DNA of 64,000 bases from positions 11,990,421 through 12,054,420 of the forward strand of contig NC_081397.1 of assembly GCF_030684315.1 (NCBI RefSeq), read 5' to 3'. The notes below the pieces were generated by a model that saw only the letters and a program-made list of their open reading frames with translations, was not told the origin of the DNA and made no database searches. Positions 1 to 12,694 of the stretch are shown one piece after another. Made by a program: the position numbers and the translations under genes. Source of the DNA: Stegostoma tigrinum. Its lineage: Eukaryota. Positions within the stretch are counted from its first letter, which is position 1, and each line of letters opens with the position of its first letter.

Positions 1-344
1 AAGCATTCCGAACACAATTTGTAATTACTGCCTGAAATGTCTTTCGCAGGTAAATGGGAGGAATACACCGTTAAAACATCGCCAGAGGTCCTAACATCAA
101 AATTAAACAAATTAACATTCCTGGAAGGGTTAATGAGATGCATGTACTGCATTATGTAAGATTTGTGTCTGGGCAGAATTACAAGTCGCGGTATGAAATA
201 GCCAGATGCAGTTCCAGTGACTCTCCCCATGTGATACCATCCCCATTCTCAGTTTCTGCTCTCGGAAATGTGATATTTAAGTTACTCGAATCAATTCAAG
301 TTTATGCTGTGTCTGCACTCGGATCCGGGACAGGGATCATTTGA

Positions 345-530
345 GAGATAGACGGAATTGCAGATGCTGGACAATCTGAAATAACAAGGTGTAGAGTCGG
401 ATGGACAGAGCAAGCCAAGCAGCACCAGAGAAGCAGGAAGAAGGATCTGGGCCTGAAACGTCAGCTTTCCTGCTCCTCTGATGCTGCTTGGCCTGTTATG
501 GTCATCCAGCTCTGCACCATGTTATTTCAG
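345..530. mobile_element. Fold-back fragment of a Penelope terminal repeat with a truncated hammerhead motif
   Basis: Two inverted arms of the repeat seen at 25324-25451, with GAAGAAGGATCTGGGCCTGAAACGTCAG at the junction. Confidence 0.7.
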
Positions 531-549
531 GGATCATTCGATCCAGGCT

Positions 550-589
550 CAGCTCTCTCCTGAAAGATGTGGCGGCTCTGAGAAGAGCC
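550..589 (-). terminator. H1 3' stem-loop plus histone downstream element (HDE)
   Basis: Minus strand CCAAA-GGCTCTTCTCAGAGCC (574-589), then purine-rich GAGAGAGCTG (550-559). Confidence 0.93.
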
Positions 590-625
590 TTTGGGTTCAG
601 TTTGTTACATGTTACACGGACTGCT

Positions 626-1264
626 TCATTTCTTTGCTGCTTTCTTGGTCACTTTCGCTTTGGGCTTGGCCTTCGGTTTCCTCGATTTCGGGGCCGGCTT
701 TGCGGCCTTGGGGCTCTTGGTCTTTATCACCTTCTTCACGGGAGTCTTTTTCTTCGGCGCTGCTTTCTTCGCCGGTTTCTTCGGCGTTGCTGCCTTCTTG
801 CCGCCCGCTTTCTTGCCGGTTGCTTTCTTGGCTGGGGACTTCTTCGCTGCCACCTTCTTGGCCGTTGTTTTCTTCACGGCTGCTTTCTTGGCGGCTGCTG
901 CTGGTCTCGCCTTCTTTCCCACTTTTGCCTTGACTGGATTCTTTGCGAGTTTGAAGGAGCCGGAGACGCCCTGGCCCTTCACCAGAACCAGGGAGCCTTT
1001 CGCCAGGCACCTCTTGGTCGCCATCCTGATCTGTGCATTTTGCTTCTCCACATTGACCCCGCTTCTCTGCAGCGCCTTCTTTATAGTGACCAGAGACGTC
1101 CCCTTCCGATCGCTGTTCTCCCCGACAATCTTCACAATCCGCTCGCCCAACCCGGGACCGGCTGGTTTCTTCCTGGGAGCCGCCGCCTTCTTCTTCTTTG
1201 GAGACTTGGGTTTGGTGCTGCCGGAGGCTGGAGGAGCCGTTTCGGCGGCTGCACTGTCGCTCAT
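626..1264 (-). CDS. H1: Histone H1 (replication-dependent, 212 aa, divergent globular domain)
   Basis: Intronless ORF MSDSAAAETAPPA..., winged-helix end KGQGVSGSFKLAK, K/A/P-rich tail; histone stem-loop just downstream. Confidence 0.96.
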   Translation of the reverse strand: MSDSAAAETAPPASGSTKPKSPKKKKAAAPRKKPAGPGLGERIVKIVGENSDRKGTSLVTIKKALQRSGVNVEKQNAQIRMATKRCLAKGSLVLVKGQGVSGSFKLAKNPVKAKVGKKARPAAAAKKAAVKKTTAKKVAAKKSPAKKATGKKAGGKKAATPKKPAKKAAPKKKTPVKKVIKTKSPKAAKPAPKSRKPKAKPKAKVTKKAAKK

Positions 1265-2149
1265 GTCGGGAACTCTGCGCTGAATCTCTCTCTGTCAAAC
1301 TGAACTGGGTCAGCAATGAAGCTGCTGGTGGCGGCACTGAGCAACTTAAAGGCAGCGAGCGGACGGCGCGGAGACAACCTGCCCTCAGCTCCCTGCTCCT
1401 GCTGCCTGCCTGTCTCTCGGCACAAACTCTCCAATTCCTCTGCCATTCCGCATCTCCAGAGAGCCAGGCTCGATCGTTCCTGACCCTGACACAGGAAGGT
1501 TTGCGGCTGAAAGGTTTTCACTCGAATTGACGGCTCCGTTGTCGATTTTACCGCATTTTGCTGCTGCACTGATCGCGCTGTCTGAGCTGAGCGCTGGCAT
1601 TATCATCATTTTTAGACTGAAATCTTGAAATCAACAAATATATTGCCTTGAATTCTATCTTTAGGGTTTAGTGGAGGAGCAGGGGGATGATTTGAAATGA
1701 AAATCTTTTTGATTTGCACAAGAGAGACGTGGAAATATCATGATATGAGCGGACACACAAGCACATTTCCGTGTGACTATCCCGCCCGCCCTTTTCCTAC
1801 AGTCTCTCTGACTCAATATTCACATCCATACAGTCACAGGGCAGAAATATCTCTAAATGTACCTGTGGGAGGATGTACTTTCTCCCCCTTTCAGCCTGTG
1901 CTCCGGTACCCAGGGAATTAGTTGTAGTTTTTCTCCTCAGTAATTGTGAAACTCTCCGAGGTCTGTGCGCCGGAGATTCGTTCTGCTGCATATTCAGCTG
2001 CAAGAGCCACTCATCTGGTTTGAAGTTACATTGATCACCGAGATCAGTTTTTTTTTCAATTGCAGTGACAATACTCAACATCGTTTCTGGGAATCACACT
2101 CATATAAACGTAAAGAATAGCAACTGGGCAAATAACACCCATCAGCCCT

Positions 2150-2640
2150 TCAAACCTCTCCTCCCACTCACCATGAAAATGGCAGATCATCCAACTCAAT
2201 GGCTTGTCTCTGTTTTTTTTTCTCCCACAGAGTCATACAGTGAGGATACAGACCGTTCAGTCCAATCAGTAGAGGCCGAGTATAATACCAAATTGAATTC
2301 GTTCCATCTACCTGTCCCTGACCTATTTCTTTTCAAAACTGTCGTGTTTATGCACTTCTCCAAATGTCGTTTTAATGTCATTATAGCCACGTCGACCATT
2401 TCGACAGGTAGTTTATTCCACATCCTTCCGTGTTCTATGTTTAAAAAACGCCCCTCGTGTCTTTTTTTTTCAATCTCTCGCCTGTAACATTAAAATGTCC
2501 GCCCTGGTTTTCTATTCCCTCCATCCCAAACAAAGTTCAACGACCATTAACTCTGTCTCACCCCATCAGTATTTTACAAACTGTGAGAAGGTGACTTCTC
2601 AACATCCTACTCTGCAGTGAAAAAAAGCCCCAGCCTATCC
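2150..2640 (-). mobile_element. Old CR1 LINE 3' fragment
   Basis: Decayed CR1 ORF2 C-terminus (WNKLPVEMVD...LKRHLEK). Confidence 0.75.
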
Positions 2641-3753
2641 ATGAAAACACGGTGTGGAACTGAATGAACCCAACAGGTCAAGCAGCATCTTAGGGACAGG
2701 AAACGTTATGGATCTTGACCCCTATCCATCCTTTCTATATGACTCGAGCCTTACATACTCTGCAAATACTAGTGAATCTCTTCTCAAATTTCAAAAACGG
2801 TGTTAAATAGCCCTCTAAAATGACAGTTTTGTAGACTGTAAAAAGACCACCATCCATACTCACGAATATATCCATTTGAAAGGGCTTGGGCAGTTGATGT
2901 GGAGGAACACCACCTTGATACTAGCCACGTTCCCCTCCAATCACCCACAATCCTAACTTGGAAATACGTCCCCTTGCCTTCACTGTCTCTGAATCAAGAC
3001 CCTGGATCTACCTGCGAACTGCAATGTGGGCAGCACATGGACCAGAACTATTTTAGAAGGTGGCTCAGCACCAACTTCTCAACGGGGGAAACTAGGGACG
3101 CGCAATAAATGCTGGACCAAGCCAGAGACGTCCTCTTCCCAGGAATGCGCAAACCAGAAAAAACAGGTGGGTCATTCGTTGCGGTAACCCATTCATCACA
3201 AGGTTTCTGCCTGCAGCATACTGAGAATAAAATCAGTCATCAATTCCAAACTGGTATTTGCATCGGGCCCAGGGATATTATTACACTCCTCTGGTCCGGG
3301 TGTGGCTTTAGGACGGCCCACCTGACCCAGAAATAGGGAAACTACCTCTGCGCTGCAAGACTCCCCACAGCAGTTACATTCTGCCTTCGTCATAATGTCG
3401 CATTTATTCCATCGCTCTGTGAGTCAATATGGGACGAAGGCCAGCAGAATTAAATATCACAGTTAACATGAGATCAGACGTGATTTTATTGAATAGTAGA
3501 GAATATTAAATGGGCCGAACGGCTGCCAGCTTCTCCGCTTCCCCACCAGATTGTGAGCAAGCCGGGGGGAGGCAGATATTAACATGACCCGGGAATGAGC
3601 TCCATTGGAGCTTCACAAAGGGCCAATGCCCCAGTTTGAAACACTTTATGCCATTTCCCCCACAGCCTCCATTCGCTTTGCTTAAACTGGGAGGAAAGGG
3701 AATTGGGGAAGTAACCAATTGATGTTTGTTTCTGGGACACAGCGGGGAAAGCA

Positions 3754-3897
3754 GCGCATGCGTGATCCTTGCTATGCCCACCCCGAAAAAGCTGCTTGTT
3801 GCTGACCAGAGGAGCGCATGCGTGAAGCTTTCCGCTGAGCCGCTATTGAGGGGCATTGAGTCAGTGAGTGGAAGAGGTTAGTTTGAAACAGGCCGCA
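3754..3897 (+). promoter_or_regulatory. CpG-rich promoter A of the unidentified gene
   Basis: Two NRF1-like GCGCATGCG motifs (3754, 3814) and AP-1 TGAGTCA (3857) upstream of a Kozak ATG; near-identical to 27285-27377. Confidence 0.55.
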
Positions 3898-3961
3898 ATG
3901 GAGAGACCAGCGCCCAGGGAAGCGAGGGAACAGCAGGCTCCTTCCAGCAGCGCATCGAGAT
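3898..3961 (+). CDS. Unidentified gene copy A, exon 1 (MERPAPREAREQQAPSSSASR+1 nt)
   Basis: GCCGCAATGG Kozak context, 64 nt, donor T|GTGAGT, phase 1; coding sequence identical to 27378-27441. Confidence 0.55.
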
Positions 3962-4060
3962 GTGAGTCTGGGACACAGAGTGGGCTCCGAGACCGGCATT
4001 GATTCGGGTTCAGTTCAGGGAGACCCGGGGACTGTTGGTAAGAGGCCGAGCGGAGCAGGA

Positions 4061-4151
4061 TAATAAAATGTGAGGCTGGATGAGCACAGCAGGCCAAGCA
4101 GCATCTCAGGAGCACAAAAGCTGACGTTTCGGGCCGAGACCCTTTATCAGA
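4061..4151 (-). mobile_element. Penelope terminal-repeat insertion with 13-bp target-site duplication; hammerhead core mutated (CTGATAA)
   Basis: GAGCGGAGCAGGA at 4048-4060 and 4152-4164; the insert is absent from the paralogous block at about 27530. Confidence 0.85.
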
Positions 4152-4767
4152 GAGCGGAGCAGGAACTGGTCCCGGAACTTGGAGTGAGCGGCCTGGGGGC
4201 GGGGAGAGAGAGGCCTTTCTCGGGCTGTGTGTGGGCCTGCTGAGGGAGACGCAGCGGCAAGAAGCTGCTGCTGGGGGTCAGGCTTGTAGCTTTTAGTCTT
4301 CTAAACACTGATGGAAATTCATTGTTTGGCTGCTGTTTCACGCTGTTAGTTGGGAGTTTGCATTGAACCGTGAATAAAACAAAGCAGTGTGTGCAAACGG
4401 GCTCATCCCGCGAAGGAGAAACATAGCAGTCACCGGATTAAGAGTTTCCAGCAAAATATTTGAAATCGTGCCTGTTGTGCTTCCCTTCAATAGTTCGTGT
4501 ATTGGGAGCTGGATATTGAACCGTGTAAGCATTCCATTCGTGGATCTGGTTAGCTTTTGTATCTTAGTAAATTGTTTTAGAATTTCGCTAAAAGAAAGAG
4601 GAGGAACCCGGGTTAGTTGTGTAACCGGACCCTTTTCTGTTCGACTCGTTGGCTTTAAAACAAGGAATTATCATGAGTATTCACGAAATTTTCTATTGAT
4701 GAGCTTTGATATTTTGAAACTCGGTAGATGTCGATTTACGGGAGAATTCTCTTTTGTCTTTCTCCAG

Positions 4768-4848
4768 GCAATTATCTGATGTGTCAAGACAATGTCACGT
4801 TTCCGTGGTGCAACACCAAGTGTGACTAGCTGCTCCTACTAACAGCAG
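4768..4848 (+). pseudogene. 82-nt-family exon copy 1, disrupted (81 nt, in-frame TAG)
   Basis: tctccAG|GC...CAGCAG|GTATGT; NYLMCQDNVTFPWCNTKCD*. Confidence 0.6.
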
Positions 4849-5174
4849 GTATGTTCCCACTGTCAGAGCGGAGACTGTGCTTTCCACAGTCGCGGTTTAA
4901 GTAAGACTCGCATTGAACGCAATTTCCATAAAGAAACAATTAAACCAGCGAACAAATGCCACCAACAAAATACAAAATGTAACCTTTTTTTTCCTCTTCT
5001 CAATATAAACTAACCCAGTTCCAGTAAAGTTTATCTTTGACAGCCCATTGTCATTCACAGCATTTGAAGAGAATAGATTGAATTTATGTCACAAATATAC
5101 TCTCAATAACTACATTGAATTCACATTAAGCGAGGGTATTTTTATAGTTATAATCCAGGTATACAACCTGATCA

Positions 5175-5358
5175 CAAGGTTTAGAGCTGGATGAACACAA
5201 CAGGCCAAGCAGCATCATAGGAGCAGGAAAGCTGATGTTTCTGATGAAAAGTTTAGGCCCAAAATGTCAGCTTTCCTGCCCCTGAGATGCTGCTTGGCCT
5301 GCTGTCTTCATCCAGCTCCACACCTTGTTATCTCGGATTCTCCAGCATCTGCAGTTCC
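5175..5358. mobile_element. Fold-back Penelope terminal-repeat element with degenerate hammerhead
   Basis: Inverted arms around CTGATGAAAAGTTTAGGCCCAAAATGTCAG (5241-5270). Confidence 0.75.
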
Positions 5359-6529
5359 ATTTAAGTCTGATACAAACAGATCAAGTTGTTACAATGACCA
5401 TTATATGGAGTAGGTATTGAGTACAAATATGGAAGGAAACTTTTGATGTTTGTCAGTGACTGAGGACAGAAATAGTAAACAAAAACAGAATTTTCTGGAA
5501 AAGCTCAGCAGGCCTGGCAGCATGCGTGAAGAGAAATCAGAATTAATGTTTCGGATCCAGTGACCTTTGCGCAGAACTGAGGAAGTGTTTGAAAAGTTAA
5601 CCATGATTTCTCTTCACGTGCTGCCAGACCTGCTTTGCGTTTCCAGCAAATTCCATGTTTGTTTCTGACTTGCAGCACCTGAAGTTTTTTGAGTTTTTAT
5701 TTAGGACTAAAATTATCTTTTGATGAATGATGTCCCATACAAAGACACAGAAATTAAATAATGTGAAATGCAAATGCACTTTCTCTGCCAAAGCCTGACA
5801 AGTAGAGAATGCAGCGTGGTCTGTCAGATACAGAATAAAATTCTCCAAATAAATAAATGAAAAAAAACTCAATATCCCAGTACAAAGTGAAACTAAGTAT
5901 CTCAGTAAAACTGGAAACAGCCTACACTGACTCACAGGGCCAGCTTTTTTTAAAAGAAAAATAAGCTTGTCTGTCCATTTCTACATGATATCTTTACACT
6001 GACGCACTATCCAACACTTGGATTCATGAAAATGCCTCAGAAATACAGACCAAGTACATGTCAGAAGCAGGCCATTCAGCCCATTGTGCTTGCTCTAGAA
6101 CATTTGTACTCTTCAACTGTTTCCACAAATTGTTGGGAATATAATCTGCTCTCCACCTCCTTACCCCCTCAGACTGACAGAAAGCTCATAAACTGCAAAT
6201 GGAAATGGGGTTAAGGCTCACTCTCTACGCCCTCATAACTATTCTCTCAGATTGAAGCACAGTCACAGAATATCACTGGTGGCCAGAGAATAAAACTATT
6301 TTGATGCACAAGAGTAGAAATTGATTATTTTGGATTGAGAACTTCACTCTCACAGTCACACAGCAAAAACTGGTGTTTGCAACAATTACTAAACTCACAA
6401 ATGGACATAACAGAAACGGAAAGGCATACATTAATAGTTGCTCTTGTTCACGTTGCAGTAACTGACAAGAAAAGAATGATAATAACTCTCACATTCTCAT
6501 TGTTCAAAACAGGAGAGGGGTTTGACAGT

Positions 6530-7260
6530 TAATAGGAGGGCCGTGGGAAGTGTTCCCCAACAAAGACGCCAAGGTGTTTGTGTGCGTAGTTCATTGAAAG
6601 TGGAGTCGCAAGTAGATAAGGTGGTGAAGCAAGTGTTTGCCTTCATTGGTCAGTGCATTGAGAATAGGAGTTGAGATGTCATGTTGTGGCTGTACAGGAA
6701 ATGTTTTGGGTCCACTTTTACTGCTTAAAGTTCTGGCCAAACTGCTGTCGGAAGGAAGTTGTTGAACTGGAGAGGGCGCAGCAAATATTTACAGAGATGA
6801 TAGCTGGACCAGATGGTGTGAACTGTTTGGAGAGGGTGAACAGGCTCGGGCTTTCTCCCCTGCAGCGTCAGAGACCGAGGGGTGACCTTGTAGAGGTTTA
6901 TAAAGTCATGAGGGGCATGGATAGGGTGAATAGCCATGGTCTCTTTTTCTCGGGTGGTGGAGCCGAAACCTTAAGGGCATAGGTTTACAGTGAGAGGGTC
7001 AATGTTAAAAGAGACCTGAGGGAGATTTCTTTAGTGCAGAGTGTGGGGCATGTCTGGAACAAGCTGACAGAGGTACGCCTTGTGGAGGGTACAATGATAA
7101 GTTTTAAACACCATTGGACGGGTAGATGAACAGGTCGACATGAGAGGGATATGTGCAAAATGCTGGCAAATGGGACGAGGTCAGATTGGGATGTTAATCT
7201 ATTGCAGACCAGTTGGATGAAAGGGTCTGTTCCCATTCTGTTTCACTCATGGACGCTGTG
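6530..7260 (+). mobile_element. Old CR1 LINE 3' fragment
   Basis: RGDLVEVYKVMRGMDRV motif and CR1 3' UTR. Confidence 0.85.
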
Positions 7261-7844
7261 ATGCTCGAACTGATTCTGTACATAAATACAGATACTGCAA
7301 GGACAAGTCAGAGTCTGGGTATCCTGCAGTGAGTGTCTGGTCTCCTGCTTCCCCAAATCCTGTCCAACATCTCATGTGATCAAGTCAGGAATGTGATGGT
7401 TTAGCCCCACTTACCCGGATGAGTGCAGCTCCACAAACACACCAGAAGCAAGATACCATCCAGGAGAGAAACACTTGATTGGCTCCACATCCGCAAACGT
7501 CCATTCCCTCAGACACCAATACTCAAGCAGCAATGTGTACCTTCCAGAAGATGCACAGCTGGAATTCACCAATGCTCCATAGACAGTGCCTTCCAAGCCC
7601 ACGACCACTTCCACCTAGATACCACTGTGACACAGGGTGTCATCCAATACTTATGTGTTGCTTCAGTGAGAATGTCCCATTTCTTTCATTTCTCTGTATG
7701 TTCTTTCAACATTGAATTAATATTTATGGGACGAAGGTCAAGGTGAATTAATACTACAGATAACGGCTCACTTGGATCAGATATTGTCATTGAACAGTGG
7801 AGCAAATTGAATGGGCCAAATTTTCAATCCACTTCTTTGATTCC

Positions 7845-9380
7845 CTGCAGGAGTGAAACTCCAGACCGAGGACAAAGACTCGGGGCAGGCGGAATTCAGG
7901 CCCGTGGCAGTATTTCGTCAACCAGTCACGAGATCATGCGGGGAGAGGGCCATAGCCACCCCTCTTGAAGATGCAGTTACATCATTAATTTTTAGCTCAG
8001 ATTGGAAAGCGATTGATGACTCTGATTCTCACAGTGGAATACAGTATTATACATTTTGTTGCAGTGATTCAATGCAATGGGATCACTGTGCCTTTCCCCT
8101 TATTCTATACAACGAATCCTTTGAAACTCCTAATTGAAGATGGGCCCTCTATTAGCCAGGCCAAGAGTCGCCACAATCTGATAATGTTTAACAGACAATG
8201 TAATCACCAGGCCATGGGATCTTTCCATGCATCTATTAATTCGCTTTTCAAAGTTACTGGCCGTACACCTTCAGTCATGCCCCAGAATCGCTTACCTATC
8301 AGGCTAGCTTGAATTCTGCTGTCAATTGTATTAATTTTGTGTCTCTATTAAATTCTGTTACTCCTCTTATTTTCCCACTGTCTGAATTATAATAAAACAG
8401 ACAGTTGACTCCTACTAGGAGGCCAGGCAGCATCAGAGTATCAGGAAAGTTGATGCTCCTGAAGAAGAGTCCTGACCCACAACTTAAACTTTCCTGCACC
8501 TCTGATGCTGCCTGGCCTGCTGTGTTCCTCCAGCTCCACATTGTGTTATCTCCAACTGCAGCATTGGCAGGGCTTACTATTGCTGAGTTGATTCTTACGA
8601 CTTGCTGTGAGATTCATGATATTAATTGTATTATAAAGTGAGTTTTATTTAAAGCATTATGCTTACCCTACTCTTAGCTCTGTTGGAGCTAATGAATTGT
8701 GAGCCATTTGCTTCTTATTGGATGCACCAGGCATTCCTTTAGTGACATAGGAAACCTTCTGGTGACTAATTAACTTTCATACCCATGTTTGAATCTTCTC
8801 CCCTAATGCTTATATATAGATTTAGAATTACATTGAAATCCATCTGAAGGATCTTTAACTGGAACCAATTTCTTAATAGCGTGAATATTGCTGCAAGATG
8901 GAGTTATCTGCTGTTTTCATGATTAGCTAGGCCAGCTGTCTTTGGGATGATTGACACCCCTTGTCCTAACTAACTATATTCATCTAATGGGACAACATCC
9001 TTTCATTAAAGGGACTGAAGTCAATTGCTTATCAATTTTAATGAACTTGTTTGATTCTGTAGATTTTTTTATGAGCCATAATCCCATGAGTTCAACTGTT
9101 TGTTTCTTGCAGAATTTACTGTCCCCTTCAATCTTTGTTGCAAACCTTCAAACTGTCTCCAACAAATCTTGCAGCTGTTGTTTGTGCAATGCTCCCTTTT
9201 GCCTCGGAATAACCTCTTCTCCAAAGTACCATTGTGTCTTTGTTAAATGCTGGAGCAGGCTTTCTTCATTCGTTCTGTTTAACCACGTGTCAGTCATAGG
9301 CAGCAGGGCTAGAGGAACAGCTTAGCTGCCAGCCATTCGGTGTCTCTTAGACTTGGGCAGCCCGAACATTGCTCATTCAA
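7845..9380 (-). mobile_element. About 1.5-kb insertion, possibly a decayed retroviral gag-pro relic
   Basis: Interrupts homology to 3425-3800 (7715-7830 resumes at about 9385); only a faint gag-like look in broken minus frames. Confidence 0.3.
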
Positions 9381-10133
9381 TTCTGAGAGAGCTGGAGGCA
9401 GGGAGTTATTAACATGACCTGGGGAAGAGCTCTATTATTGCTCCACAAAGGGCCGACGCCTCAGGTTGAAGCATTCTCTGCCCTTTTCCCCACAGCCCCA
9501 GTTGCTTTCTTCACAGTGGGAGAGAAGGGAGTTAGGGAATGACCCATTGATGTTTGTTGTTGGGAATTATTGGGAAAAGCAGTCCATGCCATTGGTGGCC
9601 CTGCCCCAAATGCTGCTTGTTTGGCTACTGTTTCACACTGTTTATCGTCATTGTGCAAAGAATAGTGGAAACACAGACAAGATGGTGGAAATATAAGAAT
9701 CCTGTAAAGGACGCAGATTGGAGTCAATGGATTATATGTCTCGAGCAAAAACATTTGAAATAGTGTCTGTTGTGCTTCTTTACAACAGTTAGTGTGTTGG
9801 GATCTGGTAACACAAACTGTGTCAATATTACAGCATCCTCAGGTAGCACCTTTAGATGCAGCTGTGCAATTGTTCAGTTTCTGGACCTCGCTGAGTTAGA
9901 CCTGTGTTTGAATTGATGGCTTCAAAGAAAAGGCAGAAGTCTCATGATTTGTGTTATAGTCCAATAGGTTTATTTTAAAATCTCAAGCTTTTGGAGCTCT
10001 GCTGCATTGTCAGGTGAAGTTGAAGAAAAGAAACATCCTAATAATTATCAACTGAATGTACGTTAATCTGTTTGAGATTGTCAAACCTGGCTGATGCTGA
10101 TTTACAGAATGTTTCTCTTCTGTTTTCATCCAG

Positions 10134-10215
10134 GCAAATACATGAAGGACCAAGACAGTGTATCATTTCCTTGGTGCAAAGCCAAGTGTGAGCAGCTGCT
10201 TCTCACAAACAGCAG
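10134..10215 (+). CDS. 82-nt exon copy 2 (KYMKDQDSVSFPWCKAKCEQLLLTNS), phase 1 to 2
   Basis: Pyrimidine tract, catccAG|GC, donor AG|GTATGT, open frame. Confidence 0.55.
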
Positions 10216-10858
10216 GTATGTTACCGCTGTCAGAATGGATCATTTCCACAGGCGTAGAGCAGTTTGAGTCAGAGACACGGTGATCTCAATTTCCAGAGAA
10301 ATGCATTCAAGCCAACAGTCAAATACAAGCAACAAAATACAAGTAGTTTGTTTTCTCTCTTCCCAATGCACCCCTCCTCGGTTGCTATAATTTTCTTCAT
10401 TCATAGCCTACTGATATTTACAACATTTTTGAAAAGTCACAGACTGAATTTTCATCTGAGACGGACACCGAGGAACTGCACTAAATCTGCATTTAGTAAG
10501 CATGTTTTTCAAGTTACTGTCAAGGTGAAGAAATAGTTCATGCAGTTACATAGTTACTTCGCACAGTGTGAGTACAGATATGGAAGAAAACATTCACGTT
10601 ATCAGTAACTGAGCAGGACGGTGTCTATGTTTTGACAAATTGATGTCCCATGCATAGAGAGAAGAATTAAATAATGTGACTTCCAAATGTGTGACATAAA
10701 ATGGTTACTGAGAGCACATAACATAAACTGCACATGCGCGCGCGCACACACGCACCGACTTACTGAGTGATTTACAATGTATTCCAAATACATACATGCA
10801 CCGTTCCAACACACATTCCTCAACATCTAATAGCCATGAAGACCATGTACACTTCAAG

Positions 10859-12555
10859 CATTTAACTGATCAATTCAACATCTAGCTAATAAGCATTCAG
10901 ATATTTAGATTATCACCAGGAATTCTAACAGAACTGTGGGTCTGATTGCACTCTTGCCCTGAGCTGCACTACATTTGATCAATTTTAAAAACTTCAACTC
11001 TAATTGAGTGATGCACAGAAAGTAACCAACACCCGTACAGCTCCATGACTGGAACTACCTAATGCAAGCTTGTCTGTGCATATGTGTTTAGTTACTGATC
11101 CATGCATGTCAGTTGCTACCTGTTGAATGTGTGTGTGTAGTTATCAATGTGTCCCTCTAAATCTTTGGCAAATTACTTCTGTATTACACAGCAGAGACTG
11201 ACAGGGAAACATTGGTCTAGACCAATCAATCATTGTAAAAATGGTACAGAACAGAAGGAGGTCATTTGGTGCATCATGTCCATGCTGACCCAAACACCCC
11301 CAGATGGCCATCACAATCACATCTTCCTGCACACATCCCATAGCCCTGCAGGTTTCATTCTATTATCCTTCAGAACTTGGTCCATATGTGACAGACCATC
11401 AAAAGAGGAGAGCCAAATTATTTTGTGAAGAATTTGGAAACTAAAATTTAACACTGAGGACCATTGGGTGAGTACCCAGGTTTTAGATAATGAGATTTTT
11501 TTTTGAAAAGAACCGTTGTTATGGAACAAGACGGACAGCCACACTCCATTGATCCTTCAATCTTCCTGCATTCGAAAACTGAGCATTTTAAATGTTTCAT
11601 GTGAAGTGGAGAGCCAGTTATGATTTAAATTATTATTTTTTTAAATAAATGTCCATGATTATAAAATCTTCTAGCGTACAACAGAACAAAAAAATTCTAG
11701 TTCCACAAGATGAAGAATTTGAGAACAATCCTGCGATAAGGGTGGAGATGGTAGTTCCCCTGCCACCGTGATACATTTATGGAAATTGAATGCTGGCTGA
11801 ATGGATGTAATTATTGGCTTGTTGCTTCTATCATTGCTGGCTTGGAGAGACAGGACTGTTTGCAGTGCTGTTGTTGTCTATGACTAGATATGTGTGAGTG
11901 ATAATAATTTTGTATAGATCATGTATCTGTTGCTGGAGTTTAAATGGAACTCCATAGCTGTTAGTCCTTGGATCACATCTTTAGTTATGATGTCTGTATT
12001 TTGAACTAGTTCTGAGTCAGTCAGTACCTGTACCTGTCAGTCCATCCACGTGGAAACAAAGCAAGTAATAATACAGGTCCCGTCACACTTCCTCAGAACA
12101 GAGGTTCAACTTCAGAACATTCATTTCCATACTCATATGCTGATAGACTTGCTGAGATTTTGCAGCAATTTCTACTTTTGTTGCTGATTTCCAGCATCTG
12201 CAGTTCCTTGGTTTTTCTCATTTGTCAGGCATGTGTGTTTGAAGTTGTCATGATTTGATAAATGTATGCACACATTATAAAAATGTAGAGATTGAGATGA
12301 ATGAAATGACATGAATGGATCAGTAACTAAACTCATATGCACAGACAAGCTTGCATTAGGTAGTTCCAGTCATGGAGCTGTACGGGGGTTGGTTACTTTC
12401 TGTGCATCACTCAGAGTTGAATTTTTCAAAATTGATCAAATGTAGTGCAGCTCAGGGCAAGAGTGCAATCAGGCCCACAGTTCTGTTCGAATTCCTGGTG
12501 ATAATTTAAATATCTGAATGTTTATTAGCGAAATGTTGAATTGATCAGTTAAATG
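10859..12555. repeat. About 250-bp inverted repeat (arms 10859-11111 and 12307-12555)
   Basis: Direct reverse-complement match, roughly 90% or better by eye. Confidence 0.92.
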
Positions 12556-12612
12556 TTTTCAAACCCATCTGATGACGGTTTACAGGAGCTATCTGTTTTT
12601 TCCTTCCTGCAG

Positions 12613-12694
12613 ACAAACGCTTGAAGGAACAAGGCAATGTATCATTTCTTCAGTACAAAGCCAATTGTGACCAGCTCGTCCTAACAAACAGCAG
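12613..12694 (+). CDS. 82-nt exon copy 3 (KRLKEQGNVSFLQYKANCDQLVLTNS), phase 1 to 2
   Basis: tttttccttcctgcAG|AC, donor AG|GTATGT, open frame. Confidence 0.55.

Noticed and set aside
481-1337. Long overlapping and antisense ORFs over H1 (also over H2A, H2B, H3 and H4)
   Set aside because: By-products of GC-rich, Lys/Ala-biased histone codon usage.
7851-8137. Strong acceptor (ccctgcAG) as exon 3 of the unidentified gene
   Set aside because: It sits at an insertion junction and has no counterpart in the other duplication units.
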